Origin: Candidatus Hydrogenedens sp. | GTDB taxonomy: Bacteria > Hydrogenedentota > Hydrogenedentia > Hydrogenedentales > Hydrogenedentaceae | DNA length: 64,000 nt | Assembly: GCA_035378955.1 (NCBI GenBank) | Contig: DAOSUS010000008.1 | Coordinates: forward strand, 6,668 to 70,667 | Direction of reading: 5' to 3' | Shown: piece after piece, positions 47,113 through 56,507 of the stretch | Layout: the number at the start of each line of letters is the position of its first letter | Numbering within the stretch: position 1 is the first letter of the stretch | The notes under the pieces: model-generated | Database searches by the model: none | Seen by the model: the letters and a program-made list of their open reading frames with translations, nothing else | What the model was told of the DNA's origin: nothing | Program-made: the position numbers and the translations under genes

Positions 47113-48042
47113 GTGGGCGATTTCCAACATAATATCCTGAAAGAAATCGGACCTAAAGACGAGAAAAGATACACTTATGATTTAACTAATGAAACTATTG
47201 AAGTCTGCATGATTTCTGATATTGGAAGCCGCAGAACCAATAATGAAGACCATTGTCTCTTTTCAAAGGCTAATGATAATGACTACCGTGAACGATTGGG
47301 TATATTAACTGCCGTTGCCGATGGCATGGGAGGTGCCGTTGCCGGAGAACATGCCAGTAAAATGGCTGTTACTCTTCTATCCGATTTTTATTTTTCGTCA
47401 GAAGGAGAAAATATACCCGAAATATTATTCAATTCTATTCAAAAAATTAATGAAAATATTTTTAATTTGAGTGAAAATGACCCTTCTTATTTTGGAATGG
47501 GAACAACCCTATCTGCCTTAGTTATTCATGGGGATGTAGGATATGTTGCTCAGGTTGGAGATAGTCGCATTTACCTTTATAGAAAAGATTATCCTGTAAA
47601 ACAAATTACTGAGGACCATTCCATTGTTGCCGAGCAATTAAAAGAAGGATTAATTAATGAAGAAGAAGCCCGAAATCATATATTAAAAAATCTTATAACA
47701 AGAGCCTTAGGAATTAAAGAAATTGTTGAAACAGATTTATATGCATTCACAATAAAAACGGGTGATACATTACTTCTCTGTTCGGATGGATTAAGTAACA
47801 TGGTAACGGAAGAACAAATACAACAAGGTTTATCATCTGAAAAACTTGTTTTAGGTTTGAATTCTCTCATAGATATTGCTATCCAAGAAGGAGCCCCCGA
47901 TAATATAACCGCTGTTGCTGTGCGTATTATTGGTGAATTGGAACACAAAGATATCATTCAACATGAAAAAATGACTATTGTATCTCCTGAAAAGAAACTC
48001 TCATTTCTCAAAAAAATATTTAATCTTTTCTCGTTTAAATAA
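47113..48042 (+). CDS. PP2C-family Ser/Thr protein phosphatase
   Basis: ADGMGG, GTTL and LLCSDGL motifs. Confidence 0.75.
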   Translation: MGDFQHNILKEIGPKDEKRYTYDLTNETIEVCMISDIGSRRTNNEDHCLFSKANDNDYRERLGILTAVADGMGGAVAGEHASKMAVTLLSDFYFSSEGENIPEILFNSIQKINENIFNLSENDPSYFGMGTTLSALVIHGDVGYVAQVGDSRIYLYRKDYPVKQITEDHSIVAEQLKEGLINEEEARNHILKNLITRALGIKEIVETDLYAFTIKTGDTLLLCSDGLSNMVTEEQIQQGLSSEKLVLGLNSLIDIAIQEGAPDNITAVAVRIIGELEHKDIIQHEKMTIVSPEKKLSFLKKIFNLFSFK

Positions 48043-48046
48043 ATCC

Positions 48047-48388
48047 TTATCTTCTTTTTCGAGGACCTCGATGCCGAGCATGGGGATGCTTCTTATGCGA
48101 AGGATTCCGACGAGGTTCTATAATCTCTTCATTTTTTTCTTCTCGAATTGTATTTGTTACAGCAGGATTAATGTTGTAACTATAACAACGAGGGCATTGA
48201 GATATTTCTTCTGCTTCGGTATCCAGATATACAAAAGCGCAATATTTACATTCCCACACATTTTGGTTTTTAAAAGCAGTATAAATTCTTCGTGTGCTAA
48301 CTTCGGATAATCCCCATAAAATAATACCGGAAATAGCAATAATAAACGAATAGATGATAAATGCTCCCGTTATTGATATTTCAATCAT
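48047..48388 (-). CDS. small membrane-anchored zinc-ribbon protein with Arg/Lys-rich C-terminal tail
   Basis: N-terminal TM, CKYC...CPRC ribbon, and tail HKKHPHARHRGPRKRR. The start overlaps the TonB-like stop (ATGA). Confidence 0.4.
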   Translation of the reverse strand: MIEISITGAFIIYSFIIAISGIILWGLSEVSTRRIYTAFKNQNVWECKYCAFVYLDTEAEEISQCPRCYSYNINPAVTNTIREEKNEEIIEPRRNPSHKKHPHARHRGPRKRR

Positions 48389-49377
48389 AATGAAACTCCG
48401 GATATATGGTAACGAATAGTTACCTGCTGTTCTCCAGAATCAGTATTTATCAAAGGCTCAAAACGAATTTTATTGATTTCCCCTTCTATATATCTTGACA
48501 TTTCATCTTCAATTATATTCAAATCTATCACCCGCGAAACTGTTCCATCTGGTAATACAGTTAACATAAAATCGTAATTCTTTTCACCCTCTACCGTAGA
48601 TTTTTTTGACATTTCCAACAAACCCGGGAAAAACAGAATTGTTCTATTATAAGGAGGGGTAATCCAACGGAAAATAATCTCTGTTCCATTCCCTATATTT
48701 TGTTTCATCAAAGGGGCTGATGTATGGTCTTCCGATTCTTTATTTTGAAGCTCTGTAGATGGAGAAAAGGGACTTAAAGCAGTAATAGATTCTCTTATTC
48801 TATTTATCCCTGCCCCAAATTGTGCCCAGCTGTCCCTATATTCTTCAGCCAAAGGTTTTGAAGGAGATTCATCCTCTACCAGAGTTCTACGAAGTTTTAA
48901 CTTTTCTAATTCTTCAAATTCAATTTTAGGGAGTTCAAAACCACTTGACTGTTTTAATTCATTTATGTCAAACTCGTTGTTTTTATTATCATCTTCCAGA
49001 TTCTTAGATAATCTTAGCCTCGATGTTAAAATAGAATCGGTCGTTTTATCTGTATCTGCCTGAACAACACGAATATCCAGATATTGAAGATCAGAACGAG
49101 GAATATAGACTACAATCTTAAAAAGAGTTACCGCAGAAAGATGCAGAAGGAAAGCAAAAATAATCGTTTTAAAAAACCGATTACGGTCCTTTTTTATCTG
49201 GAGCAGTAAATCTCCCTGATGGCTTGTTGAAATATCATATTGGAATATCTCTGCATCGGTCTTCGGTAAGACAAGCGACTCTGAAATTTTAGAAAAATCA
49301 GGATTCTCCTGTATATTTTCTTCCATCTCGTAATTTTTCTCGTGCTTGCGCACGGATTTTCGCGTGCGCCTTTTCAT
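48385..49377 (-). CDS. TonB-like protein (TM anchor + acidic linker + TonB C-terminal-like domain)
   Basis: TM at aa ~70-95. The C-terminus LTVLPDGTVSRVIDLNIIEDE...IRFEPL resembles the TonB C-terminal domain. The start is moved to MKRRTRKS to avoid overlapping exbD (the track gives 49467). Confidence 0.45.
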   Translation of the reverse strand: MKRRTRKSVRKHEKNYEMEENIQENPDFSKISESLVLPKTDAEIFQYDISTSHQGDLLLQIKKDRNRFFKTIIFAFLLHLSAVTLFKIVVYIPRSDLQYLDIRVVQADTDKTTDSILTSRLRLSKNLEDDNKNNEFDINELKQSSGFELPKIEFEELEKLKLRRTLVEDESPSKPLAEEYRDSWAQFGAGINRIRESITALSPFSPSTELQNKESEDHTSAPLMKQNIGNGTEIIFRWITPPYNRTILFFPGLLEMSKKSTVEGEKNYDFMLTVLPDGTVSRVIDLNIIEDEMSRYIEGEINKIRFEPLINTDSGEQQVTIRYHISGVSL

Positions 49378-49393
49378 GGTATCAATCCGTGTG

Positions 49394-49858
49394 TTATTGA
49401 GTTTTTTCTTCAGTAGTTGATGGAATGGCTGCAATCCCGTAATGTTTAATCCCAACAGAATTAGCAATACCTAACACCTTAACCAATCGCTCTGTAGGTA
49501 CCCGACGGTCAGGACGAATAAGCAAAAGCCCTTCGGGTCTTCTCTCATAAAAACTTTCCATGGCTCTTGTTAATTCATACCAACTTTTAATTGGGATTTC
49601 ATTATCTTCCGTGTAAAAAATTTCTCCCTGATTATCCGGTCCTCCTTCCCCGTAGGCCAGGGTTACCGCAGCATCTTTTTGTTCTAATTGTTCCGATGAA
49701 TCACTTTTAGATAGTTCTACAGGGATAGATGCCTGCACTACAAAAGTAGATGTCAACATGAAAAAGAGAAGTAATTGAAATACAACATCAATAAGTGGGG
49801 TCAGGTCAATTGTCGCTTTAACAAATTTATTTTGACTTTGTTTCCGTTTAAATTTCAT
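49394..49858 (-). CDS. ExbD/TolR biopolymer transport protein
   Basis: N-terminal TM with IDLTPLIDVVFQLLLFFM and a periplasmic domain. Confidence 0.75.
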   Translation of the reverse strand: MKFKRKQSQNKFVKATIDLTPLIDVVFQLLLFFMLTSTFVVQASIPVELSKSDSSEQLEQKDAAVTLAYGEGGPDNQGEIFYTEDNEIPIKSWYELTRAMESFYERRPEGLLLIRPDRRVPTERLVKVLGIANSVGIKHYGIAAIPSTTEEKTQ

Positions 49859-49859
49859 A

Positions 49860-50495
49860 TTAAATCTCCTTGTCTCCCTGATGCCGTGTTAGCAAATCTA
49901 CTAATTCCGAAGAACTAATCTCCATTTCTACAATCATATTATCTACTCTTGATACAAAATAGTTATAAAACACTAATAGAGGAATGGCTACGGTTAATCC
50001 TGCGGCGGTAGTAATTAATGCATTGGAAATACCCTCTGCAAGGTCTGAAGGATTGACCTGTCCCCTTTTATTCTGAATAGCAGCGAAACACTTTATCATC
50101 CCTTGCACTGTTCCCAACAATCCCAATAAAGGGGCTATACTTGCACATGTTGCCAGTGCGGATAGATACCTTTCCAAACGGGGAATTTCCATCTGTCCTG
50201 CATCTTCTATGGATTCTCGAATTTCCTCCTTCGATTTCTTATACTTTAAGATTCCTGCTTTTAATATTCTCGCTACGGGGGCATCTACGCGATTACAAAT
50301 ATCTACGGCGTCCTGGATACGATTCTGGCGAAGCACCTGACGAATTGTGTCCATAAATTCACTCGTATCAATTCCTGCCTTTCGTAGAAACCAAAATCGC
50401 TCAATAATAATACAAACACCTATCACAGAACAAAGCAGGATAGGCCACATTAAAATCCCACCTTTAAACATAATTTCAAGAGGGTCCATTGGCAT
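49860..50495 (-). CDS. MotA/TolQ/ExbB proton-channel family protein
   Basis: GLLGTVQGM...ALITTAAGL motif and 3 TM helices. Its stop abuts the exbD start. Confidence 0.8.
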   Translation of the reverse strand: MPMDPLEIMFKGGILMWPILLCSVIGVCIIIERFWFLRKAGIDTSEFMDTIRQVLRQNRIQDAVDICNRVDAPVARILKAGILKYKKSKEEIRESIEDAGQMEIPRLERYLSALATCASIAPLLGLLGTVQGMIKCFAAIQNKRGQVNPSDLAEGISNALITTAAGLTVAIPLLVFYNYFVSRVDNMIVEMEISSSELVDLLTRHQGDKEI

Positions 50496-50565
50496 TAGAT
50501 AATCTCCTTTTCAGATAGATTTATAACTTTAAAGTTTTTTTAACAATATTTATTACGACAAAATA

Positions 50566-51435
50566 TCAAGAAAGATATACAAGGGTTCCTAATCCCTCTC
50601 GGGTAAATATTTCAAGCAATAAACTATGAGGAATACGTCCATCTATAATATGAGTTTTGCGTACCCCATGGTCTAATGCTTTAAGACATGATTCAATTTT
50701 AGGTATCATTCCGCCACTAATTATTTTTTCTTCCTTCAAACGCTGAACTTCATTAGAGGGCAATTGATGAATTAATGTTTCCGGATTGGAAGGGTCCCGA
50801 AGCAAACCGGGAGTATCGGTTAAAAACACTAATTTTTCTGCCCTCATTGCAGAGGCGATATCACCGGCTACGGTATCGGCATTGATATTCCATACTCCTC
50901 CAAATTCATCTGTTGCCAGCGGAGCAACCACCGGGATAAAACCTGATTCGCATAAAACCTGAATAATTTTGGTTTCCACCTTTGTAATTCTACCTACCTG
51001 ACCAATATCTGTCCCATCATCTGCGTATTTTTTTACAGCATAAAGCAATCCGCCATCTTTCCCACTGATACCGACAGCAGAACCTCCCACACAATTTATT
51101 AAAGCGACTATATCTTTATTTACTACTCCAGAAAGAACCATTTCCACAACCGATATAGTCTTATCATCCGTAATTCTAAGTCCCTGAGGGCTAAATTGGG
51201 GTGTAATCCCTAACTTCTTGAGCATTTCATTTATTGAAGGACCACCTCCATGAACAACTATCGGATTCATTCCAACATATTTCATTAGAACAATGTCTTC
51301 TGCTGTACTTTGCCGTAATCGTTCATCTATCATTGCAGCACCACCGTATTTTACAACTACTGTCTTACCCCAGAACTCACGGATATAGGGCAATGCTTCA
51401 ATCAGGACATTAGCTTTTTCTATAAGTTTGTCCAT
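50566..51435 (-). CDS. argB: acetylglutamate kinase
   Basis: VVKYGGAAM, VVHGGGP and the AAK family signature; argCJB gene order. Confidence 0.9.
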   Translation of the reverse strand: MDKLIEKANVLIEALPYIREFWGKTVVVKYGGAAMIDERLRQSTAEDIVLMKYVGMNPIVVHGGGPSINEMLKKLGITPQFSPQGLRITDDKTISVVEMVLSGVVNKDIVALINCVGGSAVGISGKDGGLLYAVKKYADDGTDIGQVGRITKVETKIIQVLCESGFIPVVAPLATDEFGGVWNINADTVAGDIASAMRAEKLVFLTDTPGLLRDPSNPETLIHQLPSNEVQRLKEEKIISGGMIPKIESCLKALDHGVRKTHIIDGRIPHSLLLEIFTREGLGTLVYLS

Positions 51436-51453
51436 AAACTTTCCTTGTAAAGT

Positions 51454-52665
51454 TTAGGTTCTATAATCTGCATTTATTTTTACATAATCATAACTTAAAT
51501 CAGAAGTCCAATAATAGATTTCCTCCGACCCCATACCTAAATCTGCCCGAATAACAAACTCTTTGTTTCTCATTATTTCTGCAACTTCTTTCTCTTCATA
51601 GTTAGTGGGGAGTCCTTTTTCAAAAACAAGTATATTCCCTATCCATAGTTTGATTTTTTCAGGCTCTATAGGGACACCGCTATATCCTATGGCACATAGT
51701 ATTCTACCCCAGTTGGGGTCGCCCCCAAAAAAGGCTGTCTTGCATAACTGGGAAACCGCAATGGATTTTGCTATCTTTTTTGCATCATCTATGGTATCTG
51801 CTCCAGTTATCTTAATCTCAATGAATTTAGTTGCCCCCTCTCCATCAGCAACAATATTTCGTGCTAATCGCATACATACTTGAAGTAAACCTTGATAAAA
51901 GGACTCTTCATCCTCCGTGCCTGATTGGATTTTTATACCAGAGGCTCCATTAGCCAATAATATCACCGAGTCGTTTGTACTCATATCGTTATCAACAGCA
52001 ATACAATTAAATGATTTCTGGACAGCTCGCAGAAGTAATTCTCTGAGTTTTTCTTTGGCTATTCCTGCATCTGTAGTTATAACCGATAACATAGTAGCCA
52101 TATTAGGACAAATCATTCCTGCCCCTTTTGCCATTCCACCAATACGAACTATACCTTCGGATAATTGCACAGCCACTGCATATTCTTTGGGAACTGTATC
52201 TGTAGTCATAATCGCTTTTGCGGAATTTAAATGATTTTCCGACGACAAAGATTTCACACATTCATTTACCCCTTTTTTAATTCTATCCATAGGTAAGGGA
52301 ACTCCAATAACCCCTGTGCTCATAACTAATACTTGTGTCTTATCAATCTTTAATAATGTTGCTACTTCTTCTGCTATTTTTTCTACATCATTTAAGCCGC
52401 GTTCTCCTGTGCATGCATTGGCATTTCCGCTATTAATAAATACAGCCTGAGCCTCGCCCTTTGCACAAATCCTCTGACACCATAATACGGGAGCGGCCTT
52501 AACACGATTTGTTGTAAATGTTCCTGCAACAGTTGCTTTATCTTTAGAAAAGACTAAAGCACAATCCAATCTCTTATTTTCTGGATTTTTTATACCCGCA
52601 GAGGCTGCCGATGATTCAAATCCTAAACTCGCACATATACCACCATCTATAGGGACTATATTCAT
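51454..52665 (-). CDS. argJ: bifunctional ornithine acetyltransferase / N-acetylglutamate synthase
   Basis: Autoproteolytic ATMLS site and ArgJ family conservation. Confidence 0.9.
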   Translation of the reverse strand: MNIVPIDGGICASLGFESSAASAGIKNPENKRLDCALVFSKDKATVAGTFTTNRVKAAPVLWCQRICAKGEAQAVFINSGNANACTGERGLNDVEKIAEEVATLLKIDKTQVLVMSTGVIGVPLPMDRIKKGVNECVKSLSSENHLNSAKAIMTTDTVPKEYAVAVQLSEGIVRIGGMAKGAGMICPNMATMLSVITTDAGIAKEKLRELLLRAVQKSFNCIAVDNDMSTNDSVILLANGASGIKIQSGTEDEESFYQGLLQVCMRLARNIVADGEGATKFIEIKITGADTIDDAKKIAKSIAVSQLCKTAFFGGDPNWGRILCAIGYSGVPIEPEKIKLWIGNILVFEKGLPTNYEEKEVAEIMRNKEFVIRADLGMGSEEIYYWTSDLSYDYVKINADYRT

Positions 52666-52697
52666 ATTTACTTTTCTCCTTTAATTTAAAACTTATA

Positions 52698-53708
52698 TTA
52701 TGGCATCATTCCTGGGAAACGAAGTCCTGTATCTTCGGGAAATCCAAAGCGAACATTCAAACATTGGATACCCATACCTGCTGTTCCCCCTACCAGATTA
52801 TCTATCGCACTAACAATAACAATATTTCCTGTTCTATCATCATAAGTCCAGCCAATATCACAAAAGTTGGAATTACGAACATAGTTAATCTCTGGAAACT
52901 GCCCTTGCGGCAAAACACGAACAAAAGGCTCGTTATCATAACATTTATATATTTCAGATGGGTTTACTTCTTTTGTGGGTCTCAATGTGATCGTAGATAA
53001 AATTCCACGCGTAAGAGGTGCTACATGTGGAGTAAATTGTACTTTATATTTTCCACCAATTTCTTGTTCTATCTCGGGAATGTGTTGATGAGTTCCAATT
53101 CGATATGCCCGCATATTTTCATTCATATTGGGGAAATGAAACAGCTCGTTTAAACTCCGTCCTGCACCGGAAACACCCGAAACAGAATCAATAACTATTG
53201 GAATATCGGGTTCCGCATAGGGAACTAAAGGACGCAAGGGCAATATATTACTAATCGGGAAACATCCTGGAACAGCAACTATATCTGCTTTTTTAATTTG
53301 TTCTCGATACCATGGGACCAAACCATAAATCGAACGAGATACCAATTCTGGATGAGTATATTCCAACTTATAAAACTTTGAGTATTGTTCCGCATCTTTT
53401 ATTCGGAAATCCGAACCTAAGTCCATCACTATCACACCTCTTTTTACCAACTCTGAAGCCAATGGCATAGATTTTCCTGCTGGTAAAGCAAAAAATACTA
53501 CATCACATTTTTTCGCAATGACATCCGGGTCAAATATTTCTAATTCTATATCCACCAATTTACGAAGATTGGGAAGAACATCCTGTAATTTTTTGCCCGT
53601 TTCCATTTCTACAGCGCAAACTAATTTTGCCTGAGGATGTGCCACGAGAAGACGAATAAATTCTCTTCCCGCATAACCTATTGCTCCGACAATTCCTACT
53701 TTTATCAT
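52698..53708 (-). CDS. argC: N-acetyl-gamma-glutamyl-phosphate reductase
   Basis: N-terminal GAIGYAGRE Rossmann motif and the catalytic Cys motif PGCFP. Confidence 0.9.
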   Translation of the reverse strand: MIKVGIVGAIGYAGREFIRLLVAHPQAKLVCAVEMETGKKLQDVLPNLRKLVDIELEIFDPDVIAKKCDVVFFALPAGKSMPLASELVKRGVIVMDLGSDFRIKDAEQYSKFYKLEYTHPELVSRSIYGLVPWYREQIKKADIVAVPGCFPISNILPLRPLVPYAEPDIPIVIDSVSGVSGAGRSLNELFHFPNMNENMRAYRIGTHQHIPEIEQEIGGKYKVQFTPHVAPLTRGILSTITLRPTKEVNPSEIYKCYDNEPFVRVLPQGQFPEINYVRNSNFCDIGWTYDDRTGNIVIVSAIDNLVGGTAGMGIQCLNVRFGFPEDTGLRFPGMMP

Positions 53709-53933
53709 GTTTAACTCCTAAAAGGTATAGGTTCTTACATTGAAAAACTTCCCCTTATTCATTTAAACTATCATTCCGATAAATATTTATTGGGGGATTA
53801 AGTGGATATTATACTCTTAATTACCGTTTTTTTTAAAATATAGATTTTATATGTGTTTATCATCATTTGAAAATACAAAAATTAAAGTTATATATCATTA
53901 CTTCAAAATATCATAGGCAGGAGAAAAAATAAA

Positions 53934-55709
53934 ATGCATCCATTTCGCACACATAACTGTAATCAATTAAGAAAATCCGATGTTGGTAAGGTAGTAAAAC
54001 TATCAGGTTGGGTACATACAAAACGAGACCATGGAGGAGTTATTTTTATTGATTTGCGTGACCATTATGGAATTACACAAATAGTTGTAAATCCAGACCG
54101 TCCTTTTTTCTCGGAGGTAGAAACTGTAAGAAATGAAAGTGTAATTACTATTGAAGGGGAAGTTGTTGCTCGAACCCCTGAAACAGTTAATCCAAATATT
54201 GATACTGGCGAAATTGAAGTGGTTGCAACCAGTTTCCTTCTGGAATCTGCCTGTGAACAATTGCCTTTCCCTGTTAATAAAGAAATAGATGCGCCCGAAG
54301 AACTTCGATTAGAATACCGATTTTTAGACCTCCGGAGAAATACCCTTCATAAAAATATTATGTTGCGTACTCAATTGGCAAAACTTGTTAGAGAACACCT
54401 TATTTCTCGCGGTTTTAATGAATTTCATACACCTATCCTTACAAGTTCCTCACCAGAAGGTGCTCGTGATTTCCTTGTGCCCAGTCGAATATATCCAGGG
54501 CAATTTTACGCACTACCTCAGGCTCCTCAGCAATTTAAACAATTATTAATGATTTCGGGTTTTGATAGATATTTCCAGATAGCCCCCTGTTTTCGTGATG
54601 AAGATTCCCGTGCAGACCGTAGCCCTGGGGAATTCTACCAGATAGATATTGAAATGTCGTTTGTTACTCAGGAAGATATTTTTGACGAACTTGAATTATT
54701 AATGGTTCGTATATTTAAAGAACTCTCAAATAAAAATATTATCTGGGAAAAATTTCCACGAATTCCCTACCGAGAGGCTATGGAAAAATATGGTACCGAT
54801 AAGCCTGATTTGCGTTATGGATTAGAAATGCATGATTGCACAGATATTTTTGCACATTCAGACCTTAAGGTTTTCAGTGCACAGGTGGCTACTGGAGGGG
54901 TTATCAAGGTAATTCATTTACCTCATGCAGACCAACAACCTCGAAAATTCTTTGATGATGCAGAAGAATATGCAAAAAGCGAAGGTGCAAAAGGTTTAGC
55001 ATGGCTTATCCTAAAAGAAGGTGATTTCAAAGGTCCTATAGCGAAATTCATGAAAGAAGAAGAGAAAAAAGCCCTTATACAAAAACTTCAGATGAATGAG
55101 GGCGATGCCGTTTTCTTTGGGGCAGGTTCCAGAAATGAAACCAATACACTTATGGGTAAGGTTCGCACATATCTTGCTCGTCAATTGAATATGATAGATT
55201 CTAATCAAGTAGCCTTCTGCTGGATTGTGGATTTCCCTATGTTCGAATGGAATGAGGAAGAAAAACATTACGATTTCTCTCATAACCCATTTTCTATGCC
55301 TCAAGGTGGAATGGATGTATTACTCAACAAAAACCCGCTGGATATATTGGCATACCAGTACGACATCGTTTGCAATGGAGTGGAACTTTCTTCCGGTGCT
55401 ATTCGTAACCATAAGCCAGAAATTATGTTAAAAGCATTTGAAATTGTTGGTTATCCTCCTGAAGTTGTTAAAAATAAATTTCCAGCATTATGGAAAGCAT
55501 TTCATTACGGAGCTCCTCCTCACGGAGGTATAGCCCCTGGTTTTGACCGAATATTAATGCTTTTGACAGACTCCCCCAATATTCGTGAAGTGATTGCCTT
55601 CCCACTAAATCAAAAAGCACGCGACCTTCTTATGGGCGCACCCAGTGAGGTTACACCAAAACAACTTCAAGAACTGCATATTACTATCGTCCCCCCTAAA
55701 AATAAGTAA
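53934..55709 (+). CDS. aspS: aspartate--tRNA ligase
   Basis: N-terminal OB-fold (GWVHTKRDHGGVIFIDLRD), class II motifs FRDE and GGIAPGFDRILM, and the GAD insertion domain. Confidence 0.9.
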   Translation: MHPFRTHNCNQLRKSDVGKVVKLSGWVHTKRDHGGVIFIDLRDHYGITQIVVNPDRPFFSEVETVRNESVITIEGEVVARTPETVNPNIDTGEIEVVATSFLLESACEQLPFPVNKEIDAPEELRLEYRFLDLRRNTLHKNIMLRTQLAKLVREHLISRGFNEFHTPILTSSSPEGARDFLVPSRIYPGQFYALPQAPQQFKQLLMISGFDRYFQIAPCFRDEDSRADRSPGEFYQIDIEMSFVTQEDIFDELELLMVRIFKELSNKNIIWEKFPRIPYREAMEKYGTDKPDLRYGLEMHDCTDIFAHSDLKVFSAQVATGGVIKVIHLPHADQQPRKFFDDAEEYAKSEGAKGLAWLILKEGDFKGPIAKFMKEEEKKALIQKLQMNEGDAVFFGAGSRNETNTLMGKVRTYLARQLNMIDSNQVAFCWIVDFPMFEWNEEEKHYDFSHNPFSMPQGGMDVLLNKNPLDILAYQYDIVCNGVELSSGAIRNHKPEIMLKAFEIVGYPPEVVKNKFPALWKAFHYGAPPHGGIAPGFDRILMLLTDSPNIREVIAFPLNQKARDLLMGAPSEVTPKQLQELHITIVPPKNK

Positions 55710-55715
55710 GGTAGG

Positions 55716-56504
55716 TCATTTACATAAACAAAAAGGCGAGTTCTTTTCTCTCCAGACCTCGCTTCCTATTTTTATATGGTCTTCCTCAACCCAGAAAAAA
55801 TCTACTTCTTTTGATAACTGCATATTCGGTCTTCGATAAACAAAAAATGGCAGGTCGCGTTTTTTTATTTCTTCTGTTTTATCGAAGTATTCATTTTTAG
55901 AGATATTCAGCATATCTGCATTTTTAAATCCATTCCTTCCCAGAGGCAGAAAACGATATAAATGCCATGCATGAATCTTCGCTCCTTTTTCCCATAAATG
56001 AAGTAAAAAAGCAGTTATCTCATTTAACATATCTAAATTTATTTTGCAAACAACGGTAGAAACAGTAAAAGGAATTCCCTTTTCTGTTAAATATTTCAAC
56101 CTTTGCTTTATTAAATCGTAGTGTTTTCGAAAACCTTTTCGCAGATAATTATGAACCTGAGGATTATTTGAATCAAGAGGTAGAACATATCGGTCAGCAT
56201 TCAAGTTTTCTATCACATTAGGAGTTAAACCAACCCCATTTGTTCCTACTTGAGTATGAAGACCCATTGTTTTTGCTAAATTTATTGAATGGGATAAAGG
56301 ATATTTCCATTGCAAAGGTTCTCCTCCACCAAAAACAACACTTTCCATTTCTCGCCCTTTAACTATTTCCAGGACTTTTTCTACCTGTTTCGGCGTCATT
56401 TCTGATAGGGTATTTTCTGTAATACAGAATAGGCAACTCATGGAACAGGCACCATGAAACATAATTACTCCTACCCTGCGATGTTGAATATTTATTTCTT
56501 GCAT
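55716..56504 (-). CDS. radical SAM protein (small, 262 aa), partner of the B12-radical SAM enzyme
   Basis: CxxxCxxC (CSMSCLFC) and GGGEP motifs. Two Cys residues occur at the C-terminus (FCLCK). Confidence 0.6.
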   Translation of the reverse strand: MQEINIQHRRVGVIMFHGACSMSCLFCITENTLSEMTPKQVEKVLEIVKGREMESVVFGGGEPLQWKYPLSHSINLAKTMGLHTQVGTNGVGLTPNVIENLNADRYVLPLDSNNPQVHNYLRKGFRKHYDLIKQRLKYLTEKGIPFTVSTVVCKINLDMLNEITAFLLHLWEKGAKIHAWHLYRFLPLGRNGFKNADMLNISKNEYFDKTEEIKKRDLPFFVYRRPNMQLSKEVDFFWVEEDHIKIGSEVWREKNSPFCLCK

Positions 56505-56507
56505 GTT

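Noticed and set aside
53709-53933. Possible ARG box (ArgR operator) or T-box leader in the divergent argC/aspS intergenic region
   Set aside because: Only weak TGAAT/ATTCA half-sites (e.g. around CTTATTCATTTAAAC). There are no conserved T-box specifier or antiterminator sequences, so this is not supportable by eye.
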